A stretch of DNA of 64,000 nucleotides from Phoronis australis (GCA_002633005.1 NMRA01000018.1:22683-86682); one strand, 5' to 3'. Counted from the first letter of the stretch, positions 51,321 through 63,930 are shown. Numbers and translations are program-made. The notes: generated by a model not told the origin, from the sequence alone.

Positions 51321-54300
51321 TGAAATTGTATAAAATATTTTTCTCAATGTGTACTGAAAATTCAGGGACCATAAACAGATGTTTTCTTACTTGATTATAT
51401 ACAAGAGCCAAAGAACTAGCATTTTTAGGTACCCATTTGAAAACATCAGAAGCGTGTGTGTCGTAACCTTGAAGAAGACTTGTCCAAACAGCAACGCAGC
51501 TGGAAATGAAGAAAATCGGAAGTTAAACAGTACACAAAAAATCAAGAAATCAGCATAATATTTTGTTATGAATTTCTGATAATGGGAAAAATTTCCACTT
51601 CTCTTTAAAGAGGCAAGTGAATGCTCGTCAACAATTGCTGACGTCTAGTAGAGCATTTCACATTAACATGTGAGGACATTTTCAGAAGAAATCACAAAAT
51701 TCACGGTTTTGAATGTTGCACAGAGTTTCTAATGTCCGTCACACTTATGATAAATGCACGCATGCACTTCCAGTCAGTTTCTTCAAGTTGCTTGAGGTCA
51801 AGATCACAACTCCCAAGTACATCATTTAGCGATTCCAATCAGCCTATTTTACAAACTGTTTTTCTCCCACTAATTTCCCAGAATGCAGACTTTTAATGCG
51901 TTATCAAGCAATCAATTTCGTACCAGAAACTGTTAATCTAAAATCTATCTTATTCAGGTATGCACCAGTCACTCTTACATGCACACACAAATAAGGAAAT
52001 TGCATCATCAAAGCTGTCCGTAAGAAGCTTCTTAAGTATATGTTAGTTATATTCAAAATGTACTTGAATAGTCTTATTTTTACTCCATGTATGATCGGCA
52101 TCATGGAGCTGTTCTGAACACACAATCGGATTGACGATTTGTCTTGCGACCGTGCCTCCAGCCCAGACGGATGAGCAGCAGGCTCAATGATTTATTTCAC
52201 AAAAGAATAAACGGGATAGGGACACTACACCCCGCACTAGCCCTATCTTGCTTCCAGCTATAACAGGCCGTCATCACTAACGATGAAAACCGTGAGGCCC
52301 GTTCCAAGAAAATTCATCTAAGGCATAGCTGAAGCCGAAGTCAGAATTTTAAGATAAGACTTGAGTTGTCTCTTAAAAGTCAGATTCAAGTAAGTGATCG
52401 GATAAATTTGACTTACCGGTAGATTGGACAAAATAGAAAGTCTGAATCGGCGAACCACTGAAGTCTATTCAGTCATCGAGTCATGGCAATTGAATTCAGC
52501 GCCTTCTTGATTAAGCAATACGTGTTGATTAAGCAAAAATGTGCGCTGGACAAGAGAAGAATGACGATTCTTTCGGGGCTAGTTCGGTGCGTTGAGTGAT
52601 CTTGGTCTTTCACACATTTCCGTGTGCCCGGCTGCATGAATCCGGCGGCATTTCCAAAGTTACTCAAAGATATAGGCCCTACCTAAATTTTCAGTGCATA
52701 TTAGACTGCCGCCTTCAATAGCGTTATATCTTTTCTATCAATTTGAGGCTCCTCAATTTACTTGACTTGTGACATTTTCTAATATTTCAATCTGAAAATT
52801 GAGCTCTTGCCTCAATAAAAACAAGACCAACGCCGAGCGTTGAAATGCGCCCACGAGTGCACGCAAATGGTGTGCTTCAAGGGGTGTTTATTTGTATCAT
52901 AAAAATTGCCATTACTGGCTCAGAATACATTGAACTGACATTCAAAAATGGAAAGGTGTCATCGTATCCCAAAGTTACTTGTTAAATTTTATGACAATCC
53001 GTCAAAGAACTCACTGAAAAGTTACAAAAGCAAAATAAAAAAACTGCCATTAGAAACCACACCAGCAGTGGAACCATCCATTTGCAGTCAAGTTAATATG
53101 AATACCACTGCAAAATTTCAAGAACATCTTGCGAGGAGTTTAGGAAATGCAGCATGTGATGCGAAAAATGTCACTAAGGGACACCACAGTAGTTACTCCA
53201 GTTTGAAAATCCACGTCAGTAAGGGTCATGGCTTGTCAGTACCCTCTGACACAGCGCCACCTTTCGTTTAGCACTGTGATAGAATGTAGGCTTGTCTGTC
53301 GGAACACGTCTTCCCTTTTTATAATGATCCTCTACGTGGTTTAGATACAGAAGCAAAAGACAAAACAACAGAATGAAAAATAATTGAAATGGCTACTAGA
53401 TGGTGCAGAATACGTCGAATGCATCACAAAAGGGAAAGGTGTTGTGTTGTTCAATTTTCATCCTTAACGTGGTTTGGTTGATAGAGGAGTGGACGCCAAA
53501 AACAGATTAAGAACAGTAAAATGGCCACTAGATTGAGCAAAAAATACGCCCATCCGAAAACATCAACTTGTCATCGTTTCTTAAAAAGAAAGTTATTTAC
53601 CAAACTTCATAAAAATCCGTCAAAGAACTGCAGGGAAACAGAGGAAGACTGAAAAAAATGAAATTGCCACTATAGGGACACAGTGTTCCGTCGGATCCGT
53701 CTGGAAGTTGCCGGTCTACGTCTGTTGTTAATTTCATACAAATACACTTGCTAAATTTAATAAAGATCCTGTAGTGGTTTAGGAGATACATCTATGGACG
53801 CAAAAAAAATAAAACTGTCGAAATTGTCGGAAAATCATAGTCAACCGTATTTTTTACTCTAAGAACATAATTTATTACGTAATCATTATCGCACGTCTTT
53901 GTGAATTTAAATGTAGACGAACATCCGGTGACCAACAGCAGTAAGAATGCACCCAATGTTAATCCCCTGAGACACTGAGCTGGTCAGTACAATGTAATCA
54001 ATAGAACTCATGTAATTCTTTTAAAAAAAAACGTAGTTATTGTTCAAGTTTCCTTTGTGTTGAGTTGTACGTAAGGCAGTTTCCACCGGAAAACAACAGT
54101 TTGAATTTTATAACGACAGTCAACTTCGAAAAAAATGTCGTGTGGTGGCTAGACCGCGACAATGAAGTTTATATTACTACGAGCACAGCCAGCAAGAAGA
54201 CATTTCACAAGTTTTGGAAGTCAGGTAAGTGCCAGAGAGCGTTCTAAAATCGATTGGCCACAATCGGGGGTGTGATTTACATTACAACGAACGTGTTAAG

Positions 54301-54364
54301 TTCAGTTGTTATTGTCATATTGTCAGCCACTAACGAGTCACGCTGTCACATACCGACATGGACT

Positions 54365-57300
54365 TGTCGCAGACCAAGTAGGCTACCCGACCAAGTGAAC
54401 TTGGTCGGCTTACACGGTCGGACCTCGCAGACCAAGTAGATACCTCCGACCAAGTGGCCATGTACCTGTTGTAGACGTGCTTCCGGTGAATCATATATGA
54501 GCCTCTGTTAGCCACTCGCTAACGGGCAATTGCCTATTAGCTGAATGGTTAGTATGCTTGCCGGGTTTTATGGGGGTCGCGGGTTCGGCTATTACGACAA
54601 ATGGCGTAGTCGGCAAACGGATGATCTACCGATGAAGCACTGCCAACCAGTACCCGCGGACGGCACGCATGGAAGGTTGCAGGAGTCAAGGACCTGTGTA
54701 TGAGAGACTACCTTGTGTTCACCTGTGTGTTGTGGTGGTAAAAGTACCAAGGGACGTTGATGACCAACGTATGGGAGACATCCTGGTGTTCACCTTTCTA
54801 GTGGTGGCGAGCCCGTTCTGTAGGGGAATGTTGTAGACGTGCTTCCGGTGAATCATATATGAGCCTCTGTTAGCCACTCGCCTATTAGCTGAATGGTTAG
54901 CACGCTTGCCGGGTTTTATGGGGGTCGCGGGTTCGATCCCCGGGTCGGGTGATCTCGGCTATTACGACATACCGTTGACATCCGAATGTTTACCATTGTG
55001 TTAATAATATGAACGGTTCTATCAAATACGGGCTTTCGAATTTTTTATGAGCATGTTATCATTAAGATCTCGTGAAGCGCCAAAATAATTCTGGCTAACA
55101 AAAATCTTCATTTTAATGTTTTGAACAGGAAGTAGAGTAAGCAACTGTTAGAGTCACGGGCAGACGGGATAAGAGCACCCATGATAATACGCCACGAATC
55201 AAACATTTAGATTCCACATCATCTTTTCATCTGCTTTTTCACATTTTCGATCTATAACCGCTTTTCGTGATTTTCATTGTTAGAAAACCATTACGGAACT
55301 GGCCTTAACAACGCCGCGGTGGGGTCTATATAGGCCTAGAGATATTTTTGAAAATCGAGTGGCAAAATCTTAGCCTATAATTGTAATTAGTGATCGTTAA
55401 TAACTTCACACATTCCACAGAACACTCAGACACTATTTGCTGTCAAAAAACATTACTTTCTCTTCAAGTTTTATTTCGACAGTAACTTGAAGGCATCCCG
55501 GCTGACAAAAAGTTAAACGCAATCAATTTCATTTGGCCCAGCTCCTCCAAAAGAAAAGATTACCCCTTCTACATATCTCTAGAAAGTTGTCAAGCAATTT
55601 TTACGACTCAATACATTGTAGTTTTGCTTGCAGTTTTACTTGGTCCAGTCTTACCTGTGCCGGACCGAGTGCGCTATGACGTCATCAAACTCATGCGCAG
55701 AATCGATCTGAATATTTCATAAAGCCTTTCACTTTTTCTTCAAAGACCGCTTTTCCTGTTCACATTTTTTATGTCTACAATCCTTTTTAGTGATTTTCAC
55801 CTTACAAAAACAATTATCTATTCTTCAGTTGTATCGTCCACTTGGCTAGAACTGAAAGACCGTGAACACATATTACGCCGGTGTTGCGCAGCCGGGACCA
55901 CAATTCATTGAGGCTACATTTTGGTCTATATTTGTAATGATTGATTGTTGACAAGTTCATGCTGATACCCCAGGATACAGGCAGATCTTTTATGAAATTT
56001 CTTAAGTTTTTCTAATTGTGATCGCTACTACTGACGGCTCCAAGCCCAGACCGCAGCATAGGCTACTTAACGCCAATGAAAAGTAGTTTATTTCGTTTGA
56101 CATGTATCCAGCAGCTCCAACAAAGCCATTACCCCTTCAACGTGTCTCTAGAAAGTTATCAAAAGTTTTCTGCGACTCAATACACTTCAGTATTCCTTGC
56201 AGGTTTACTTGGTCCGGTCTCGTCACAGGCAGGACCGAGTGGGCTGTCATCTGAAACTGCTGGGTTGGTTACCAGAAGTCTGGATGATATACTTGACGCC
56301 AATGAAAAGTCCAAGCATCCCCAACAAAACCTTTGACTCTTCTACGTGTTTCTAGAAAGTTATCTACCGATTTTCACTGCTCAATACAATTTAGGTTTGC
56401 TTGCAGGTTTACTTGGTCTGGTCTGTGCCGGACCAGCAGAATGATAAGACGTAAGAATTACGCGTCTTTGGTTTAAATTCCCGATATCTAGAATCGTTTT
56501 TCGTGCTTTTTTCTGTTAAAAACTATTATGTTTTTGTGTCTCTCACTTGCCTTGATACCACAAGTGTTGAGCATGATCTACCCCGGATTCATTGGCAATA
56601 GTCTTGTTTTGAAAATTCTCAGTGACAAAATTTCCGTCTATTTGTAATTACTTATTGTTGGCAACTTCCTACTGATTCCATAGAATAGTTATACAATTCC
56701 AAGTTACTAGCGTTTCAAAACATAAAGTTTCTTTTTAACTGAGTTTTACTTGGGCTGGCTACCACTGATGCGGTCGAGACAATACTTAACGCCAATGAAA
56801 AGAAATTAATTTCATTTGACGTGTACTAGCCAGCAACCAATACCTCGTCTGCGTGTCTAGAAAGTTATCAGTCAATTTATACGGCTTAATAAATTGAAAT
56901 TTTGCTTGCAGGTTTACTTGGTCCGGTCTCTTCAACGGCCGGACCGAGTGCGCTGTGACGTCATCAAACTCCCGGGTTGGCTACCAGGAAGTCCGGACGC
57001 AACGTTAACAACTAATTTTTAAAGCTCAATACACTTTAGTTTTGCTTGTAGGTTTACTTGGTCTGGTCTCGTCCCAGGCCGGACCGAGTGGGCTGCGACG
57101 TCATCAAACTCGCAGGTTGGCTAACATGCAAGAGGTTCGGACGATATAGGCTTCTTGACACCAATAAAAGGTAATTAATTTCATTTGAAATGTACCCAGC
57201 TTCGCGAACAAAACCTTTAACTCTTCTACATGTCTCTAGAAAGTTATCAACCAATTTTCACTGCTCAATACACTTTAGTTTGCTTGCAGGTTTACTTGGT

Positions 57301-59519
57301 CTGGTCTGTCAACGGCCGGACCAAGTGCGCTCAGACGTGATAAAACTCGCGGAATCTGAATATGTAATAAGTTCTTTCAAGTTTTCCTCAAAGATCGCTT
57401 TTCCTGTTCACATTTTTGACGTCTACGGTCGTTTTTTGTGCTCTTCAGTCACACTTCAAAAACAATTACAATTTCTCAGTTGTTTCGTTCACGGCTTGAA
57501 ACCACGAGTCATTGCTCCGCCGTCACGGCGACCAATGAACTCGGACAACGGTAGCCTCTTCTACGTGTCTCTAGAAAGTTAACAACCATTTTTTACGGCT
57601 CAATACAGTGTAGTTTTCCTTGCAGGTTTACTTGGTCCGGTCTCAGTGTCAACCGGCGTCCGGACCGAGTGCGCTGTGACGTCATCATCAATCTCGGAGG
57701 TTGTTTACTAGGAGCCTATAGCTGTCGAAACGAGATAATTGCAGGCAATGAAAAGGAATTCATTTGATATGTACAAAGTAGCTACAAAAAAATATCACAT
57801 CTTCTACGTGTCTCCCCAAAGGTATTTACCAATTTTACGGCTCAATTCACTGTAGTTTCCTGGCAGGTGACAAGACTGGACCAGGTAAACCTGTAAGCAA
57901 AACTACAGTGTATTGAAAAGTAAAAATCTGCTGGCAACTTTCTAGACACAAGTAGAAGGTTTTTTTTGAACCTGCTGAGTACAAATTAAATTAATTACTT
58001 TTCATAGGCATCAATTTCGTTGTCAGTGGACCTCACGGTCAGCCAATGAAAGTAAAACTTAAACGAATTTAAAGATTTATGTTTTCTGAACTGCAAATAG
58101 AGTGGGAATGTATTATGTGGAATCAGCATGAACTTGTCAACTATCTGTAATTACAATTATGGACGAAAAATTTGCCACTGAAAATTTTCAAAACGTACGT
58201 CGGAAGACCGTTGTCTTAGGAGTGGTCAAGGCGGTGCCAACTGATACTCGTGGTGTCAAGCTAAGTGAACGATACAAAAAAACGTAATGGTTTTTGTTCA
58301 GTAAACAGCATGATCAACTATTTTAGACATGGACAATGCGAATAGAAAAAGCGGTGTTTGAAGGAAAATATTCCGATTCCTCAAGTTTGATGACGTCACA
58401 GCACACTCGGTCCGGCCGTTGACAGACCGGACCAAGTAAACCTGCAAGCAAAACTACAGTGTATTAAGCCGTAAAAGTTGGTTGATAACTTTCTAGAGGC
58501 ACGTAGAAGAGTTAAAGCTTTTATTGGAGATGTTGGGTACATGTCAAATGAAATTAATTTCTTTTCAATGGCGTCAAGTATATCGTCCGGACTTCCTGGT
58601 CCCAAACCCGGGAGATTGATGACGTCACATCGCACTCGGTCCGGCCTGTGACGGGATCGGACCAAGTAAACCTGCAAGGAATACAACAGTGTAGTGAGTC
58701 GCAGAAAACTTTTGATAACTTTCTAAAGACACGTAAAAGGGGTGGCTTTGTTGGAGTTGCTGGGTACATGTCAAACGACAGAAATAAATTACTTTTCATT
58801 GGCGTTAAGTCTGCTGTCTGGACAATATACGTAGCCAGCCCAAGTAAAAGTTAGTTAAAAACGATACAAGAAATTGTAATTGTTTTTGAACTGTGAAAAG
58901 CACGAAAAACAACTGTACACGTCAAAAATGTGAACATGAGAAACGATCTTTGAAGAAAAGTTAAAAAAACCTTTGAAATATTCAGATTCCGTAAGTTTGA
59001 TGACGTCTTAATTAGCACCGGCACTCAGTCGGCCGTTGACAGACCGGACCAAGTAAACCTGCAAGCAAAACTACAGTAAACCTGCAAGTAAAACTGCAGT
59101 GTATTGAGCCGCAAAAGTTGGTTAATATCTCTCTTGTGAAAAGCAGATGAAAATATTAAAGTAAGATGTGAAATCTAAATGTTTGATTCGTGGCGTTGTG
59201 TGTAATATTGGGTGCTGCCATCCCGCCTGGCTGACCGGTGACCTTTGCAGTTGCTTATGGGTACTCTATTTCCTGTTCAAAAGATTAAAATAAAGATTTT
59301 TGTCGGCCAGAGTTATTTTGGCGCCACATGCTCGTAAAAATGAAATCTTATTTAAAAAAAACGTATTTGGTGGAACCGTTCATATTATAACACTATGGCA
59401 AACATTCAGGTATCAACGGTACCTTGCAACTCGGTCGGAGGTATCTACTTGGTCTGCGAGGTCTTACCATGTAAGCGGACCAAGTTAACTTGGTCGGGTG
59501 GCTTACTTGGTCTGCAACA
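54365..59519. mobile_element. Non-autonomous foldback-type DNA transposon with TGT..ACA ends and 4-bp TSD (Ginger-like termini)
   Basis: Left end TGTCGCAGACCAAGTAGGCTACCCGACCAAGT; right end ACTTGGTCGGGTGGCTTACTTGGTCTGCAACA; GACT on both flanks (54361-64, 59520-23). The arms 54365-~55245 (minus the TRIM) and ~59135-59519 are inverted. Internal unit arrays flip orientation near 57870. Confidence 0.85.
54467..54969 (+). mobile_element. TRIM (miniature non-autonomous LTR retrotransposon) with tRNA-like sequence in its LTRs
   Basis: Direct repeats 54467-54599 and 54829-54969, each TGTTGTA..TACGACA. PBS TGGCGTAGTCGGCA at 54602-54615; purine run AGGGGAA before the 3' LTR; TACC TSD at 54463-54466 and 54970-54973. 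A-box TAGCTGAATGG in both LTRs and B-box GGTTCGATCCC in the 3' LTR. Confidence 0.93.
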
Positions 59520-60325
59520 GACTCATTCTGTGTGAATTATCTAAACTTCTAACGCGTAATATACATCTGGAGGTCCATCAGAGGAAGCCATAACGTTCAC
59601 ATAAGGCTATTACTCTATTATATTTCTGTCTTCTGAGGTTGTGTCAGTGTGATCAATGCAAGGGGGGCGGGACTACCAAGGCAAAGTGTAATCATTTCCC
59701 AAGTTGGGTATATTGCCATATTGGCATTGGTTGTGTGTGCTTATGTCTATGTTCGTAGTAATTCTTGGAAGCTCCTGATTTTGAAATCTCATATCACTAC
59801 AGGTCAATAATTTGCAAGATTCACTTACCTCATCCACGCACCCATCCTAAAATATATGGGGGTGCTCAAAATTTTGGGCATGTTGACCTTTTACTAAAAA
59901 AACGGGGTATGTTCAGAGCTGTGCACAGTGTATTCCTGAATTACAGCTTTTTAGTGGACATGTGTCTCGTTTCCTCATTTTTTGTTTCTATGAGGCTGAC
60001 CTTTTCATGCCTACTTCGGCAAGTGGGGGGGTGCTCATTCGAGCCTCCCCTGGGTGCGCGCATGTGCCTGGTTCTCAAAATTGAGAATCACCAATGTAAC
60101 TATTGTATTGCCTATTTTGACTGATTTGGTCAGGTTTGTCGGGAGGATCTAGGTTATTGAATGCGAAAGGACATTCCGATCAAACAACTAGTACCCTATC
60201 TGGAATACCCCCTGGCATAGGTTTAGCTAAGCACGCAGGGAACCAGCGAGGGCGACAAAGCGGTAATAATGAAAACAGCGCCATCTCAAGTTCGAAACGC
60301 GATCGCTTTCCGTAAACTGACCTGC

Positions 60326-60428
60326 CTCCCGTTCAGTAACGCTAGGACCTCGCTAAAAAGCAAGACTTCGCGAGATTACGTGAGATATTGCCGTGCATTT
60401 TAAATAAGAACACGTGACTTTGACTAGG
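60326..60428. mobile_element. Third (truncated) copy of the GTTCAGTAACGCTAGGA MITE
   Basis: Homolog of 11963-12070. Confidence 0.75.
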
Positions 60429-60732
60429 TTTACACTGAGTTCTCGAGCCTTCAATCCTTATCTGAGCATGGAGTTTTATAATCAGGGTCAGCAGGAACAA
60501 TTCAGTAGGGAATATATCACACGAACAACGAGTTGGGAGCAACGGGATGTCGCCGTCATGCACTGAAGTTGCCGAAGGCAGCGCACTATGAGGCACGGCA
60601 CGACGTAGCACTTAGGCGCCGGGGCCCGGCCAGCCAAGCTGCGGGCCGAACGCAGCGCACTGAGGCACGGCACGACGTAGCCTATAGGCGGGCCCCAGCC
60701 CGGGCAGCGCACAAAGGGCACGGCGTAGCACN

Positions 60733-63700
60733 TGTCGGGTTGGCTACCAGAAGTCTGGACGATATACTTGACGCCAATGAAAAGTCCAAGCATCCCCAAC
60801 AAAACCTTCGACTCTTCTGCGTGTTTCTAGAAAGGTATCTACCGATTTTCACTGCTCAATACAATTTAGGTTTGCTTGCAGGTTTACTTGGTCTGTTCTG
60901 TGCCGGACCAGCAGAATGATAAGACATAAGAATTACGCGTCTTTTGTTTAAATTCCCGATATCTAGAATCGTTTTTCGTGCTTTTCTCTGTTAAAAACTA
61001 TTATGTTTTTGTGTCTCTCACTTGCCTTGATACCACAAGTGTTGAGCATGATCTACCCCGGATTCATTGGCAATAGTCTTGTTTTGAAAATTCTCAGTGA
61101 CAAAATTTTCGTCTATTTGTAATTACTTATTGTTGGCAACTTCCTGCGATTCCATAGAATACAATTCCAAGTTACTAGCGTTTCAAAACAAACAGTTTCT
61201 TTCTAACTGAGTTTTACTTGGGCTGGCTACCACTGAGGCGGTCGAGACAATACTTAACGCCAATGAAAAGAAATAAATTTCATTTGACGTGTACTAGCCA
61301 GCAACCAATACCTAGTCGTCTGCGTGTCGAGAAAGTTATCAGCCAATTTATACGGCTTAATAAATTGAAATTTTGCTTGCAGGTTTACTTGGTCCGGTCT
61401 CTTCAACGGCCGGACCGAGTGCGCTGTGACGTCATCAAACTCCCGGGTTGGCTACCAGAAAGTCCCGACGCAAAAGAAAAGTATTCAATTTCATTTGACA
61501 TTTATCCAACAGATCCGAAAGAAACGATTACCTCTTNATTGAAATTTTGCTTGCAGGTTTACTTGGTCCGGTCTCTTCAACGGCCGGACCGAGTGCGCTG
61601 TGACGTCATCAAAATCCCGGGTTGGCTACCAGGAAGTCCGGACGCAAAAGAAAAGTATTCAATTTCATTTGACATTTATCCAACAGATCCGAAAGAAACG
61701 ATTACCTCTTATACGTGTCTCTAGAACGTTAACAACTAATTTTTAAAGCTCAATACACTTTAGTTTTGCTTGTAGGTTTACTTGGTCCGGTCTAACGGCC
61801 GGACCGAGTGCGCTGTGACGTCATCAAACTCGTGGAATCGAAATATTTATGAGTTCAATCATTTTTTTTTAGATTTCCGACTTTGATAAGACGTCGTCAT
61901 GATTTGGGTTTTATTTCCAGGACGTCGCAATCTAAATTCAAACAAAAAGCGACGGGGTATGATCGTCCTATGCTTACTTCTTGTTATTATTGTAATCGTT
62001 TCTTTAGTATCTTGCATTACATTTTCTTAAATGTCATTGCTGTTTGATTTCATTGTTGAACTATCGGAAGTTAACATGAGTATTTTTACTTTGCCTGTTT
62101 TCTCGAGTATAGTTTTGAACACAGATCATTTCAGCCTGTATTGATGTTTTTAGCCAACAAGCTATGTGAAATAAAGTTCTCTGTGACGAAAAACAGTGCT
62201 TCCTGTCATTTTTGCTTTTTGCGTGAATGTGTCCTTTGGTTCAGGGTTACTAGAGTGACCATGCCAGCGACCATGCCAGTACGCCTTCATTATTTCTTAA
62301 AGCTGGTTTATATCAATATGCAACCCGAAAACAACCCCAATTTAAGAAGAAAACAAAATTTGACAGCTTTTCATATACTCAAACAACATAGGGTTACCCC
62401 GTGTCAAGCCACCTGAACGATGCCAGAAAACGCAGTGGTTTTTGAACAGTGAAAAGCACGAAAAAGCATTGTAGACATCGGAAATGTGAACAGAAGAAGC
62501 ACTCTTGGGAGAAAAAGTGAAATATCTTAGGGAATATTCTGATTCTGTCAGTTTGATGACGTCACAGCGCACTTGGTCCGGTTGTGACATACCAGACCAA
62601 GTAGACTTGCAAGTAAAACTACAACTACAGTGTATTGAACCTCAAAATTGGTTGATAATTTTCTAAAGACACGTAGAAGAGGTAAAAGTTTCGTTGAAGC
62701 TGCTGGGTAAATGTCAAATGAAATTGAATACTTTCCANTTGTCATAGGAGTGGTCAAGGCGGTGCCAACTGATACTCGTGGTGTCAAGCTAAGTGAACGA
62801 TACAAAAAAAGCTTAATGGTTTTTGTTCAGTAAACAGCATGATCAACTATTTTAGACATGGACAATGCGAATAGAAAAAGCGGTGTTTGAAGGAAAAGTG
62901 AAATAACTAACGAAATATTCAGATTCCTCGAGTTTGATGACGTCACAGCGCACTCGGTCCGGCAAGCGACGAGACCGGACCAAGTAAACCTGCAAGGAAA
63001 GTACACTGTATTGAGTCGTAAAAAATGGTTAATAAGTTTGTAGAGACACGTAGAAGGGGTAATGGCTTTGTTGGAGCTCCTGGGTACATGTCAAACTTAA
63101 TAAATGAACTTTCCATTGGCGTTAACTACATGTATTGTGTCCGGACCTTTTGTAGCCAGACTAAGTGCAATTTATAAACTAAACTTCATGCTTTAGTGCG
63201 ACGCAAGTAGGGTATGACTGTATCCTAGGGTTCGCGTTTAAGTTGTCAACGATCAATCATAAATATAGACGAAAAAACTGACATTGTGAATTTGTTAAAC
63301 GTACGTCGATAGACAGTTGCCTGAGAGTTGGTACCGACGGCAGCACAAAGTGAACGAGAACAAGAAAGGTAATTGTTTTTGAACCGTGAAAAGCACGAAA
63401 AACGACTGTAAACGTTAAAAATGTGAACAGGAAAAGCGACATTTGAAGAAAAATTGAAAAAATTTATGAAATATTTATATTACGCAAGTTTGATGACGTC
63501 ATAGCGCGCTCGGTCCAGCTATTGACAGAACGGACCAAGTAAACCTGCAAGGAAAACTAGTGTATTGAGCCGGAGGAACTGGTTGATAACTTTCTGAAGA
63601 CACATAGAAGAGGTAATGGCTTTGTTGGAGCTGCTGGGTACATGTCAAATGTAATTAATTACTTTTCATTGGCGTCAAGTATGCCGTCTGGACTTCGTGG

Positions 63701-63930
63701 TAGCCAACCTTATGTGCGCACCAGATGATTCGGTCCGGCCAGTGTCGGGACCCGACCAAGTGATCAGCAAGCAAAAATGCAGTATGGAGCCTTATAAATT
63801 GCTTGAAAACCTTCTAAAGACAGGTGGAATAGGTTATGTTTTTGTTCTAAATGCTGGGTACATGTGAAACGAACTGAATTAATTACTTTTCATTGAACGT
63901 CGAGTCCTCAGCCAGCACAAGTAGGTCTAA
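60733..63930. repeat. Second block of the same hairpin/TGACGTCA modular repeat (+ arm to ~61850, - arm from ~62420)
   Basis: 60733-~61470 is nearly identical to 56260-57000, and 62739-62900 is nearly identical to 58210-58370. Single Ns at 60732, 61537 and 62738. Confidence 0.9.

Noticed and set aside
54880-54955. Functional tRNA gene (also considered at 30880-30953, 26520-26604 and 44754-44830)
   Set aside because: A/B boxes are present, but anticodon and acceptor stems do not fold convincingly and the sequences are embedded in LTR or SINE contexts.
56076-62805. ORFs of 80-168 aa in the repeat region
   Set aside because: They are translations of the tandem modules in inconsistent frames, with no transposase motifs.
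55560-63930. CRISPR-like or integron-like reading of the hairpin array
   Set aside because: The context is eukaryotic, there is no cas or integrase gene, and the intervening modules are themselves repeated rather than unique spacers.
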